Positions 20,545 to 30,284 of a stretch of 64,000 nt of DNA are shown here, piece after piece (within the stretch, counting starts at the first letter, position 1; every line of letters begins with the position of its first letter). The DNA comes from Candidatus Omnitrophota bacterium (GTDB lineage: Bacteria; Omnitrophota; Gorgyraeia; Zapsychrales; Zapsychraceae): contig JACKFK010000005.1 in NCBI GenBank assembly GCA_020632515.1, forward strand, positions 93,327-157,326, given 5' to 3'. Position numbers and translations under genes: made by a program. The notes beneath the pieces were generated by a model. The model was not told the origin of the DNA and made no database searches. It saw only the letters and a program-made list of their open reading frames with translations.

Positions 20545-21390
20545 ATGGATAAGAGGATGGTCTTTCTTTTTTGTTTTGTTATCGCCGGAGTTTTATTAGG
20601 CGTCGGCATCGTTGGGAAAGAAAACGGAGATCCAATTATGAAGGAACTTTTGAATCAACAACAAGTAGTTCTTTCATCTCAAAAAAGAATAGAACAGCGA
20701 ATAGGTTCAGAAGGGTCCGTTGGAGGGAACTCATTGTTTCTTATGAAACGATTGGATGAAGTTGAAGAAAGGCTGGATTTGCTGGAAGAAAGATTAGAAA
20801 ATGCCCCAGTACAGCCTCGGGCTGCAGCTGCGCAGGCGCCAACTCAGCCATCGGATGAATTTACAAAGGTTCATCAGATTGATGTTGCGCATTCTTATGT
20901 ATACGGTAATCCAAAGGCCCCAATTACAATTGTAGAATTTGTTGATTTTGAATGTCCTTTTTGCGCGCGGTTTCATGAGCCTATGGTAGCTGCAGTAAAC
21001 GCTTATCCGAATAAAGTTAATTATATTATTAAAAATTTTCCTTTATCTTTTCATCCTAATGCTCGGCCAGCAGCAAAGGCCGCTTTGGCAGCTGGAGAAC
21101 AAGGGAAATATTTTGAAATGGCTGATGAATTGTTGAAGAATGGGCGAGCGTTAGGTGAGGCAAAATATAAAGAATTAGCCCAGAACCTTGGATTAGATGT
21201 CGATAAGTTTATGAAGGACTATAGTGAAAAAACTCCTAAGTGGGAGGATATTATTCAGAAAGATATGAATTTAGGGCAAAAAGTGGAAGTGCGGGGAACG
21301 CCTACTTTTTATATTAATGGGCAAAAAACTGTTGCGAGGGATGTTGCCGCATATAAGGCTGAAATTGAGAAAATTCTGAATGGTAAATAA
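20545..21390 (+). CDS. DsbA-family thiol:disulfide oxidoreductase (membrane-anchored, coiled-coil linker)
   Basis: N-terminal TM helix and a thioredoxin fold with a CPFC active site (FVDFECPFCARFH). C-terminal GTPTFYING. Confidence 0.8.
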   Translation: MDKRMVFLFCFVIAGVLLGVGIVGKENGDPIMKELLNQQQVVLSSQKRIEQRIGSEGSVGGNSLFLMKRLDEVEERLDLLEERLENAPVQPRAAAAQAPTQPSDEFTKVHQIDVAHSYVYGNPKAPITIVEFVDFECPFCARFHEPMVAAVNAYPNKVNYIIKNFPLSFHPNARPAAKAALAAGEQGKYFEMADELLKNGRALGEAKYKELAQNLGLDVDKFMKDYSEKTPKWEDIIQKDMNLGQKVEVRGTPTFYINGQKTVARDVAAYKAEIEKILNGK

Positions 21391-21410
21391 ATAGACAAAG
21401 AAGTTAAAAA

Positions 21411-21443
21411 GCCCTTTGCTTATTTTCGCAAAGGGCTTTTTTT
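21411..21443 (+). terminator. Rho-independent terminator after the dsbA-like gene
   Basis: Perfect 9-bp stem GCCCTTTGC / GCAAAGGGC with an 8-nt loop, followed by TTTTTTT. Confidence 0.85.
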
Positions 21444-21598
21444 CAAGATATTACAAGAATTCTAAGGGGAAAAAATTTATTTGCTAATTCGAGGAAATCA
21501 TTTTATACTTCTAAAATACTTAAATCAGGAAAAGTGCATTTAATTTAAAGGTTTTAAATAAAGCTTTTATAACTAATTCATATGGAAGGAGTTGTGAG

Positions 21599-21853
21599 AT
21601 GGTACGTGTTGGAGGGTTAACTAGTAAGTATTATAAAGAAACTCGTGGTATGAAGGTGAGTGGCGGTCAAGTTGTTAAAGCCGGAACAGTACTAACACGG
21701 CAAGGACATAAATGGCAGCCTGGAATTAATGTTGATGGTGAAATGCATTTAACAGCACATTGTGATGGAGAAGTTTATTTTACTAGAAAGAAAAATCGAT
21801 ATAAGAAAATGACAACCTATATCAATATTAAACCTGTCGAAACAAAAGAATAA
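21599..21853 (+). CDS. rpmA: Ribosomal protein L27-like protein with a divergent N-terminus
   Basis: 84 aa. The core G.KVSGGQVVKAGTVLTRQ.G.K..PG.NV......L.A..DGEVYF aligns with the L27 core. GGAAGGAG RBS 8 nt upstream. The N-terminus MVRVGGLTSKYY lacks the usual AHKK(A/G)GGS. Confidence 0.7.
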   Translation: MVRVGGLTSKYYKETRGMKVSGGQVVKAGTVLTRQGHKWQPGINVDGEMHLTAHCDGEVYFTRKKNRYKKMTTYINIKPVETKE

Positions 21854-21864
21854 CAAAAAATATT

Positions 21865-23688
21865 ATGTGTGGAATTATTGGATATATTGGTCAACAGCAA
21901 GCCGTACCTATATTGATAGGAGGCTTAAAGAAATTAGAATATCGTGGATATGATTCCAGTGGTATTGGAATTATAAATGGAAAAATTATTGTCCGTAAGA
22001 CTAATGGTAAGATCCAAAATCTACAGGATTTGATTCAAACGCATCCTGTGCCTAGCAGCACCATCGGTATTTCTCATACACGTTGGGCAACGCACGGAGC
22101 TCCTAACAAAATAAACGCTCACCCGCATAGTGATAATACCGGCAAAATAACGCTTGTCCATAATGGGATTATAGAGAATTACGAGATTCTTAAAAAAGAG
22201 TTGCAATCCAAAGGGCATAAATTTGAATCTGAAACAGATACTGAGGTTATTGTTCATCTGATTTCCGAATATTATAAGAATGATTTATTGGATGCGGTTC
22301 GTAAAGCGATTAAAAAATTAAAAGGAGCTTTTGCCCTAGGGGTGATTTGCGCAGATCATCCAGAATTATTAGTTACAGCGAGAATAGGATCGCCGTTAAT
22401 TATTGGAATCGGGAAAAATGAGAATTTTATTGCTTCCGATGTTCCTGCGATATTAGAACATACACGCAAAATAATTTATTTAAAGGATGGAGAATTAGCG
22501 TGTTTGTATAAAGACAAAGTTGATATATTTACCTTTGAAGGTAAATCAGTGAAACCGAAAATAGACGAAGTGACGTTTTCAATCGAAGCTGTTCAAAAAC
22601 AAGGGTTTGATCATTTTATGTTAAAGGAAGTTCATGAGCAGCCGGATGTGTTGCAAAAAATGATAGGTTTCAGATTGAAAAAAGGAGAGGTTGTTTTAGA
22701 AGGATTAAACTTAACTGAAAAGCAATTACAGTCGATTAAGAATATTACTATTGTGGCTTGTGGAACAGCATATCATGCTGGAATGGTGGGAAAGTATATT
22801 ATAGAGCATCTTTCTGGGCGTCCGGTGAATATTGATGTTTCCAGTGAATTCCGTTACCGTGATCCGATTGTCGATAAGCATACTTTGCTTCTTGCTATTA
22901 GTCAGTCGGGCGAAACTGCAGATACTCTTGCGGCAGTTCGTGAAGCCAAGAATAAGGGGGCAAAAGTTGTTTCTGTTTGTAACGTGATCGGTTCCTCTTT
23001 GGCTCGAGAATCTGACGGGGTTTTATATACACACGCTGGGCCTGAGATAGGAGTGGCTTCTACCAAAGCTTACACAGCGCAGGTGATGATGCTTTATTTG
23101 TTTGCGATTAAATTGGCCTCGATTTATAAAAAGGTTTCGGAGAAAGAGCTTAAAGCGATTATTTCTAAACTTAAACAGATTCCACAAGCGTATAAACAGA
23201 TTTTAGATCATAAAGAAAATATCGCAACGATGGCCAAGGCAAATTCACATTTTGGATGTTTTCTATTTTTGGGAAGGAATATCAATTATCCAACAGCTCT
23301 GGAAGGCGCCTTAAAACTTAAAGAAATTTCTTATATTCCGGCGGAAGGCTACGCAGCCGGAGAAATGAAGCATGGACCGATTGCTTTGATTGATGAATAT
23401 CGTGCGGTTGTTTGCGTCGCGGTTCAGTCTGAAACGTATGATAAAATGGTTTCTAACATTCAAGAAATTCGTTCACGCAAAGGTAAAGTCATTGCTGTCG
23501 CCACCGAAGGAGATCAAACTATCCAAGATCATGCGGAACATGTGGTTTTTGTTCCAAAAACGCATCCATTATTAACACCGTTACTTGCCGTTATTCCTCT
23601 ACAGCTTATTGCTTATTATATTTCTGTTCAACGCGGATGTGATGTCGATCAGCCGCGCAATTTAGCGAAATCTGTAACCGTTGAATAA
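21865..23688 (+). CDS. glmS: Glutamine--fructose-6-phosphate aminotransferase
   Basis: MCGIIGYIG Ntn start, two SIS domains, C-terminal ..PRNLAKSVTVE. Confidence 0.97.
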   Translation: MCGIIGYIGQQQAVPILIGGLKKLEYRGYDSSGIGIINGKIIVRKTNGKIQNLQDLIQTHPVPSSTIGISHTRWATHGAPNKINAHPHSDNTGKITLVHNGIIENYEILKKELQSKGHKFESETDTEVIVHLISEYYKNDLLDAVRKAIKKLKGAFALGVICADHPELLVTARIGSPLIIGIGKNENFIASDVPAILEHTRKIIYLKDGELACLYKDKVDIFTFEGKSVKPKIDEVTFSIEAVQKQGFDHFMLKEVHEQPDVLQKMIGFRLKKGEVVLEGLNLTEKQLQSIKNITIVACGTAYHAGMVGKYIIEHLSGRPVNIDVSSEFRYRDPIVDKHTLLLAISQSGETADTLAAVREAKNKGAKVVSVCNVIGSSLARESDGVLYTHAGPEIGVASTKAYTAQVMMLYLFAIKLASIYKKVSEKELKAIISKLKQIPQAYKQILDHKENIATMAKANSHFGCFLFLGRNINYPTALEGALKLKEISYIPAEGYAAGEMKHGPIALIDEYRAVVCVAVQSETYDKMVSNIQEIRSRKGKVIAVATEGDQTIQDHAEHVVFVPKTHPLLTPLLAVIPLQLIAYYISVQRGCDVDQPRNLAKSVTVE

Positions 23689-23785
23689 ATTTAAAAAATA
23701 CCAAGCGCAACGTCGCAAAGTAAGCAACTTTAATAATTGAGTAAATTACATGTGACCTTGTGGCTTTGGAGCTTTGTGACTTTTT

Positions 23786-24457
23786 ATGTTATATATCGTC
23801 TCCACACCCATTGGAAATCTTAAAGACATCTCATTTCGTGCTGTTGAAACTCTGCAAAATGTTGATCTTATCGCCGCGGAAGATACTCGTCATACCAAAA
23901 TTCTTTGTCAGCATTATAAAATCGAAACACCTCTAACAAGTTATTTTGAACATAATAAAATTAAAAAAGGGGAGTATTTAATAAAACTGCTTAAAGAAGG
24001 AAAAGATATTGCGTTGGTTAGCGATGCGGGTACGCCGGGTATTAGTGATCCAGGGTATCGGCTTATAAGTATGGCAAAAGAAAACGATGTTGTTGTTACG
24101 GTTGTTCCAGGCGCGACGGCTTTAATAGCGGCCTTAAATTTGTCAGGCTTGCCGACAGATAAATTTATTTTTGAAGGGTTTTTACCGGTAAAAGAGCACG
24201 CGCGGAAAAAACTATTAGAACAGTTAAAAGAAGAAAAAAGAACAATCATTTTTTATGAGTCGCCGCATCGGTTAATCAAAAGTTTGATCGATATTCGTGA
24301 TGTTTTAAATGATCCGGTCATTGTCTGCGTCCGGGAAATTACAAAAAAGTTTGAAGAGGTTCAGCAAAAAAAGACAAGTGTATTGATTGCGGATTATGAA
24401 ACAAAGTCTCCGAAGGGAGAGTTTGTTTTGGTGATGAATTTAAAGGAAAATGATTAG
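23786..24457 (+). CDS. rsmI: 16S rRNA (cytidine1402-2'-O)-methyltransferase
   Basis: LYIVSTPIGNLKDIS..AAEDTRHT..DAGTPGISDPG..FYESPHR blocks of the RsmI tetrapyrrole-methylase-fold family. Confidence 0.9.
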   Translation: MLYIVSTPIGNLKDISFRAVETLQNVDLIAAEDTRHTKILCQHYKIETPLTSYFEHNKIKKGEYLIKLLKEGKDIALVSDAGTPGISDPGYRLISMAKENDVVVTVVPGATALIAALNLSGLPTDKFIFEGFLPVKEHARKKLLEQLKEEKRTIIFYESPHRLIKSLIDIRDVLNDPVIVCVREITKKFEEVQQKKTSVLIADYETKSPKGEFVLVMNLKEND

Positions 24458-24467
24458 AATTTTATAA

Positions 24468-26354
24468 TTACTTTAGTTTAGAAGATAGTTCTTCAAATAA
24501 TAAATTTTCTTTTTCAAATGTTTGAATGTTTTCGTTCATTTTGATCTGTAAATGATCCGCAAGGGTGTTTAATGATGAAAAATTGTCTGTTATTTTTGTG
24601 TCCAGCTCTCGCAGTCCTTCAACCACTAATCCTTCAAAACCATAAATGTCCAAAGCTTTATAGCCATCCTTTTTTGTGATGACCCATTGCGGGAAAATTT
24701 TTTCAACTTCTTGAGCGATAAAACCAATTTGTTGACTTTTGCCGTATTTTTCGGGATCTTTCCAGTCAAAAGTGACAACACGTAAAGCGTTAATTTTATC
24801 AAGAGCCCCGGTAAGGGGTTGGATATCTCGTTTCAAGCGCATATCAGAAACAAAGTGAGCGTCTAGACAATTTCCACTGCCGGAACAAATATCCCCGGTA
24901 TCGCTGCGGATATAAGCGCCTGTATACAATTGTAAGGCTTTATTGCTGTCAGGAGAGTCTACGCCGATACCAACACGTGTGATACCTGCATCATCATGAA
25001 CCGTGATCACATTTCCAAAAGAGCCACCAAAATTATTGCGTAGTGCTAAGCGGTTTTCTCCTGCTCCAGCAAAACCAGTTGTAAGTTGCCAATCTAAATT
25101 ATCAGTATCTTGTAATTCCAAGTAGGGTTGGCTATGTTCTAAAGCTAAGATTTGATCCACAGAGTTTCCTGCGATATGTAAAGGGTAAGTCGGTGTAAAG
25201 TTGTTTCCTATTCCTACATATCGATTGGCTAAGTTAAAAATTAAATGATCGCTAAAAGATGATCCGGAATTTGGTTTCATTTGCATTTTAAAAAGATTGT
25301 TGTTTAAAATAAATTTTGCGCTTGCTGTTGTCACTGGATAATTCATTTCCAGAGAAGGAGATGAACTTTCCAGTTTTAGTGAGCCATTATCCGAAATATC
25401 AAGGGCAGAGTTAATGGGGGATGTTTTTGCGACTCCAATATTTCCATCTTTTTGAATCATTATACGATATTGTAAAGAGCCTTCATTGCCTCCATAGATT
25501 TTTAAAGCATTGTGAATTTGAGTAGGTCCGCTTTCCTGATCAACAGCCTGGAATTCCCAGATAGAGTGTGTACCAACAGCACCAGAAGATTCTTCCAGGC
25601 GAAGATTTGTTGAACCATCATCATCAAGTAGATGCAATTGGGTTTGAGGTGTTTTAGGTGTTGGATAACCACCAAAAGGCCCGATTCCCATTTTTCCAGG
25701 AACCCAGTTTATCATTTGATTGGCTGGATTGTCAGTGTATTCACCGGTTTGCATAAAGCTTAAAAAGAATCGAGAGCTTCCGATAGTTGTTGTTCTTCCA
25801 AAGGCCCAAAGATTGGTAAAGTTTCCACTGGTGTCAATTTCAGGAAAAAGAATTTGTGATTCTCCAACGCTGTCATTTTCTCCTACAAGAGTTAATGTCG
25901 GGTCAGAGGCAACTAGAAGGATATCTCCCGCAGTTTCGGAGCCACCATAGGATATAGAGGGCATTACGATATTCTTGTCCGAACGTATATGAAAAGGAGC
26001 TTGAGGAGTTGTTGTTCCAATACCAATTTTTATACTGGAATTAGTGTAATCTGTTAGAAAAATGTTATCACCTAATTGCCTCCAGATGCCAGGAACGGGG
26101 CCCCAAATACCAGTATTATTTCCTGAGCCATCATCATCACAATATTGTAATTCGCCATTGGGGTTTGTGTAAAATTCCCCAATATCACAGGAGCTGTTTA
26201 AAGAGGCTCCAAGAGGAGGAAGTCGTAATAAAGAATAGTTTCCTTTGGAGGAAGTATGATAAGTGCTTAAATTATAGGTGTCAGCATAAGCAAACATCGA
26301 GCAGAACCCTGTAACCAGCAATATCAGGATAACTTTTTGTATTAAAGATTTCAT
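24468..26354 (-). CDS. Secreted fibre-like protein, paralogue A: N-terminal Cys module, repeated GIG..P..LH units, C-terminal S74 intramolecular-chaperone domain, coiled-coil tail
   Basis: Signal peptide ..CSMFAYA|D. The C-terminal SDMRLKRDIQPL..L..VTFDWKD....IGFIAQEVEKIFPQWV matches the peptidase S74 / endosialidase-chaperone signature. The start ATG overlaps the stop of paralogue B (ATGA). Confidence 0.8.
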   Translation of the reverse strand: MKSLIQKVILILLVTGFCSMFAYADTYNLSTYHTSSKGNYSLLRLPPLGASLNSSCDIGEFYTNPNGELQYCDDDGSGNNTGIWGPVPGIWRQLGDNIFLTDYTNSSIKIGIGTTTPQAPFHIRSDKNIVMPSISYGGSETAGDILLVASDPTLTLVGENDSVGESQILFPEIDTSGNFTNLWAFGRTTTIGSSRFFLSFMQTGEYTDNPANQMINWVPGKMGIGPFGGYPTPKTPQTQLHLLDDDGSTNLRLEESSGAVGTHSIWEFQAVDQESGPTQIHNALKIYGGNEGSLQYRIMIQKDGNIGVAKTSPINSALDISDNGSLKLESSSPSLEMNYPVTTASAKFILNNNLFKMQMKPNSGSSFSDHLIFNLANRYVGIGNNFTPTYPLHIAGNSVDQILALEHSQPYLELQDTDNLDWQLTTGFAGAGENRLALRNNFGGSFGNVITVHDDAGITRVGIGVDSPDSNKALQLYTGAYIRSDTGDICSGSGNCLDAHFVSDMRLKRDIQPLTGALDKINALRVVTFDWKDPEKYGKSQQIGFIAQEVEKIFPQWVITKKDGYKALDIYGFEGLVVEGLRELDTKITDNFSSLNTLADHLQIKMNENIQTFEKENLLFEELSSKLK

Positions 26355-28246
26355 TTGAGCTTCCCCGTTTTTATATAATGATTTATTATAGTGTTGTTAT
26401 TTTTAATTTTTTCATTATTAATTTTAATTTCATTGTTAATTTTTTCTAATTGCTTTTGTAAAACGATAATTTGTTTTTGATGTGCAGAGGTTTTTTCTTT
26501 TATTTCTTGATCCAATAATTGAAAGCTTTTAATCGTGTGAGCTTTAAAAGTATGCAAGTGTAACTTTTTAGGTTGATTATTTTGTTCTATAACCCATTCG
26601 GGAAAGATTCTTTTTACTTCTTGGGCAATGAAGCCTGTTTGAAGTTGAGAGGATTTCATTTTAATAGGATCCTTCCAATAAAAATGAACAGGGTTTAGTT
26701 TAAGAAATTTATTTAAAGAGTTTTCCGTGTAGTTAGAAATATTTTTCTTAAGACGAAAATCTGATGTGTAAGTAGATGCGTTAAAGCATTGTAGAGAGGA
26801 GCAGATATCCCCATCTGATTTAAAATAAGAGCCACTTTCGAAATTTAAAACATTGGTTAAGGAGGCAGATCCAAGGCTGATTTCAGGATTAGGTGTGTTT
26901 TTCTTTACTGTCATGATTGTTCGGGTGGAGCCTCCATCTAAATAGCCGTTTCTTTGGATTCTGAAATTATCCCCGGATGTATTTAAATTCCAATTCATGG
27001 TTCCAACGCCTGGAGTTTGGTTATAATTTAGAGCTAGAGAAGGAGCTGTGTTTTCTATTCCTACGCTTTGGTTTTTTATATGCAAAGGATATGAAGGAGT
27101 TAAGCCTGAGTTTTTTGGAAAATTTAAGCCGATGTTATTGTTTGTGCTGATTAACATGGGTTCGATATTCCATGTGTTATCAAGCGCGGGATCGCTTTTA
27201 AAACGGAAAACAGTAGAGCCTCCCCAGTTATTGCAACAAGACATTGTATGGTTTATTTCTCCAACGCTTTCTTCTTGAAAAGTTACATATGAATTTGAAT
27301 TGACCATCAAAATGGTTCCGTTTCCTCCTACATGAAGTTGGGCTGTTGGTGTTGTGGTTGCAATGCCAACATTGCCATTTTCGGTGATTGTCAGTCTTTC
27401 TGATAAACTTCCTCCGGCCCCTCCCCATATAGAAAAATTATCAGGGGAGTTATGTGCACGTAATTCCCAAATAGAATCGGTATTATTTCTTTCTTGCAAA
27501 CGAACAGATGTTATACCATCGTTATTTTTAATATGGAGTAATTCTTGGGGGGAGCTGAAGCGCCCCATGCCGACATTTCCGTTTGGATTAATATACATAG
27601 ATAATCCCGCGTCATCATAATATTCATAAACAGATGAGTTATCTTTAAATCCAAAAAGGAATCCTCCTCCATCAGCAGTTGATTCCCTACCCCATCCCCA
27701 CATGTTGATAAAATCGCCGGGATTTCCGGGATCCGTGGCCTTAAAGACCTCTGTGTATTTGATAAGGGATTTGTTGTTGGCCTGGTTTGTGTTCATTAAA
27801 GCCATCGTGGCATAGTTTCCATGCAATACGATGTGTCCATCCATTTGTCCTCGAGTGGGAGATGCCCAATTTATTGGATTTCCTGAATTTAGATTGCTGG
27901 TTTTTATTTCAAAATCTTGATTAGGTGTGGATGTGCCAATTCCAATTTTATAAGTAGAAATGTCTGTGTTTGGAAAAATGCGGGTATTCTTCTGCGTCCA
28001 CAAACCATTTAAAGAGCCCCAAATGCCAGGAGATGAACAATAAGTTATTTTTCCAGATAAATTTACATAGATGCTACCAATTTCGCAAGACCCTGAATAA
28101 TCGCTTCGAGGAATAAGGTGAAGTTGATCGTAAGAGTTTTTTGGCGGAGAATAATATGTGGTCATAGACACCTGTCCTGCCAGTGCTGTTGAGGAAAATA
28201 GCAGGTTTAGAAGAAATAAATATAATATTTTATTTGGCTGCATCAT
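26351..28246 (-). CDS. Secreted fibre-like protein, paralogue B (same architecture)
   Basis: Signal peptide ..SSTALA|G. C-terminal SDFRLKKNISNY..L..VHFYWKD...TGFIAQEVKRIFPEWV. Start candidates are ATG 28246 or 28243, or TTG 28249. All of them overlap the 3' end of paralogue C. Confidence 0.8.
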   Translation of the reverse strand: MMQPNKILYLFLLNLLFSSTALAGQVSMTTYYSPPKNSYDQLHLIPRSDYSGSCEIGSIYVNLSGKITYCSSPGIWGSLNGLWTQKNTRIFPNTDISTYKIGIGTSTPNQDFEIKTSNLNSGNPINWASPTRGQMDGHIVLHGNYATMALMNTNQANNKSLIKYTEVFKATDPGNPGDFINMWGWGRESTADGGGFLFGFKDNSSVYEYYDDAGLSMYINPNGNVGMGRFSSPQELLHIKNNDGITSVRLQERNNTDSIWELRAHNSPDNFSIWGGAGGSLSERLTITENGNVGIATTTPTAQLHVGGNGTILMVNSNSYVTFQEESVGEINHTMSCCNNWGGSTVFRFKSDPALDNTWNIEPMLISTNNNIGLNFPKNSGLTPSYPLHIKNQSVGIENTAPSLALNYNQTPGVGTMNWNLNTSGDNFRIQRNGYLDGGSTRTIMTVKKNTPNPEISLGSASLTNVLNFESGSYFKSDGDICSSLQCFNASTYTSDFRLKKNISNYTENSLNKFLKLNPVHFYWKDPIKMKSSQLQTGFIAQEVKRIFPEWVIEQNNQPKKLHLHTFKAHTIKSFQLLDQEIKEKTSAHQKQIIVLQKQLEKINNEIKINNEKIKNNNTIINHYIKTGKLK

Positions 28247-30233
28247 CAAGATCCCTAAACGATTGAATTAGTTTTTCTTGTTTATTTAATAATTTATTTT
28301 GTTGTTTAAATATTTTTTCTTGATCATTTATGGATTCTTCCAGCGTTAATAGTTTTTCGGTTAAGTTGGTATTGCGACTCTCTAAAGTTGAATATATCTC
28401 CTGAATGCTTTTCACGGTTAAACTTTCAAATCCTTTTGGGTGAACGATCTTGTGTTCAAGGCCATTGTGAGAAATCCATTCAGGAAATATTTTCTCTACA
28501 TCCTGGGCAATCCATCCTATTTGTTTGTCTTTTTTATTTGAATGATCTTCAGGGGTTTTCCAATAAAATTCAATACCCTTTAATTTTAAAAGTTTATTTA
28601 AGGCGCCTTTTAGAGGAGTGATGTCCTTTTTTAACTTGTAGTCAGAAGGGCCGTAATCATCATTTAAACATGTGTTTGCAGAAGAACAAACGTCTCCGTC
28701 GCTTTCAATTCGTGCGGCTGAGCCACCAATAGGAACGTGAAGAGGGTATGAAACTGTTCCGGTTGTCCCTATTCCCATATAGATTTGAGAACCTGATCCG
28801 TTATCTTGCAAGATTAGACGGTTTGTAAAAGCTCCACCGTTGGAATCTTGGAAAATGAGTTGTATTTTTCCGCCAACGTAATCAGCTGTAGCTTTCCAAT
28901 CATAACTGTCAGTGTCTAGAAAGAGAAGACCAGGTTGCATGTTAACCGCGAGCCCTTCAATACCAATGCTGCTTCCTTTAATATGTAAATTGTATGCGGG
29001 TATATCGGTGTCAGCTGTTGGTTGGAAAATAATGTTGCCGGTGGAGCCAGCTATAGACATTAAAAGATCATCAGTATAAGATCCATCTAAATCGATATCG
29101 GTTCCGAAAAGTAGATTGCCAGTTAAGTTAAAAATATTGAAATCATTTTGTAATAGAGTGGTATCAACAAATTCTAAATTTGTATTTGTATTTTCAAGCT
29201 GTATACCTCCATTGTTGATTTGGAGTTGAGCCGAGAGAGGTGTTGTTCCCGTAACACCAATACCCATGTTACCGGCGGAGTTAATTGTTAGTCGGTTATT
29301 CAGAGAGCCAGAGGCTCCTCCATATATAGCGAATCCATCTGTAAGTGATGCGGGGACATTATCAAGGGCTTTGAAATCCCATATAGCATCGGTCCCGGTT
29401 GTTTCTTCCAGGCGAAGAGAAGTGTCAGGACCTTTTATATTATTTAAATGGAGTTCAGCTTCAAGAATAATATCAGTAGCTGTTTTATAAGTTCCAATAC
29501 CAATCTGGCCGCTAGGATCAAAGATTGTTGTGTGAGAGCAGGCAAACCAATATCCTGCGCTTGTAATAAAACAATCAGTAGTGGAGCTTGGTGACTGTAT
29601 ATATGAAAGTGTTAAAAGATTAAAAAAAGAAGAAGTGTTTCGCCAAAAAGCCCATTGATTTTGATAGTTACCCGAAGAAGCTAGCTCTGAAAATTGAATG
29701 ACTGCTTGTGCTGAGCTTGTATCATCTCCAATAAAATTAAAAGCAGCGTTAGGGTTTGTTATTAATAAATTCGCGTTTAAAGGATATCCTCCCAAAGCTG
29801 TTGTAATCGATCCCCAATTGATTGAGGGCATGCTTTGATCATGTATATGAATTTCTGCCTGGGGTCCTGAAGTTCCAATTCCAATTTTTAAATTAGAGTT
29901 TGTGGCTGTTTGGTTAGGATAAAGTGATGTTGTGCCTGAATTTGCAGTCCATATGTTGGATAAATATCCCCAGGATCCTGTTCCATTTCCAGAACCATCA
30001 TCTAAACAATAGCGAACGATATCTGGCGATTCAACGGTGATTGCTCCGATTTTGCAAGGATTGGAAACGGAATTTTGTGGCGATAAGAGCAAACTTTCAT
30101 AATCACCATAGGGGGCTGGATAAAAGGTGGATAAATTTGTAGAGTCAGCCCAAAGGGGATTATTTAGAGAAAATAGAAAAGCAGTATACAGAAAAGACGT
30201 AAATATAAATTTTCTAAAGTGTATTTTCATCAC
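28230..30233 (-). CDS. Secreted fibre-like protein, paralogue C (first gene of the operon)
   Basis: Signal peptide ..NNPLWA|D. C-terminal SDYKLKKDITPL..L..IEFYWK....IGWIAQDVEKIFPEWI, then a coiled coil. The start is GTG 30233 or ATG 30230. No Shine-Dalgarno sequence is visible. Confidence 0.8.
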   Translation of the reverse strand: MMKIHFRKFIFTSFLYTAFLFSLNNPLWADSTNLSTFYPAPYGDYESLLLSPQNSVSNPCKIGAITVESPDIVRYCLDDGSGNGTGSWGYLSNIWTANSGTTSLYPNQTATNSNLKIGIGTSGPQAEIHIHDQSMPSINWGSITTALGGYPLNANLLITNPNAAFNFIGDDTSSAQAVIQFSELASSGNYQNQWAFWRNTSSFFNLLTLSYIQSPSSTTDCFITSAGYWFACSHTTIFDPSGQIGIGTYKTATDIILEAELHLNNIKGPDTSLRLEETTGTDAIWDFKALDNVPASLTDGFAIYGGASGSLNNRLTINSAGNMGIGVTGTTPLSAQLQINNGGIQLENTNTNLEFVDTTLLQNDFNIFNLTGNLLFGTDIDLDGSYTDDLLMSIAGSTGNIIFQPTADTDIPAYNLHIKGSSIGIEGLAVNMQPGLLFLDTDSYDWKATADYVGGKIQLIFQDSNGGAFTNRLILQDNGSGSQIYMGIGTTGTVSYPLHVPIGGSAARIESDGDVCSSANTCLNDDYGPSDYKLKKDITPLKGALNKLLKLKGIEFYWKTPEDHSNKKDKQIGWIAQDVEKIFPEWISHNGLEHKIVHPKGFESLTVKSIQEIYSTLESRNTNLTEKLLTLEESINDQEKIFKQQNKLLNKQEKLIQSFRDLDDAAK

Positions 30234-30269
30234 AATAAAAAAGCCTATTCTCTTTATCGAAGAATAGGC
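30234..30269 (-). terminator. Intrinsic terminator inside the 5' leader of the fibre operon (putative riboswitch expression platform)
   Basis: On the minus strand, a perfect 9-bp stem GCCUAUUCU / AGAAUAGGC (30269-30261 / 30251-30243) with a 9-nt loop, then UUUUUUAUU running directly into the GUG-AUG start. Confidence 0.65.
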
Positions 30270-30284
30270 ACAAGTCCTTTTTGC

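Noticed and set aside
24468-30233. Interpretation of the three S74-domain fibre genes as a prophage tail module.
   Set aside because: No integrase, terminase, capsid, tape-measure, baseplate or lysis genes flank them, and I saw no att-like direct repeats. The neighbours are rsmI and pyrR. The genes have Sec signal peptides and a riboswitch-type leader, which fits host-encoded secreted proteins. An ancient phage origin is still possible.
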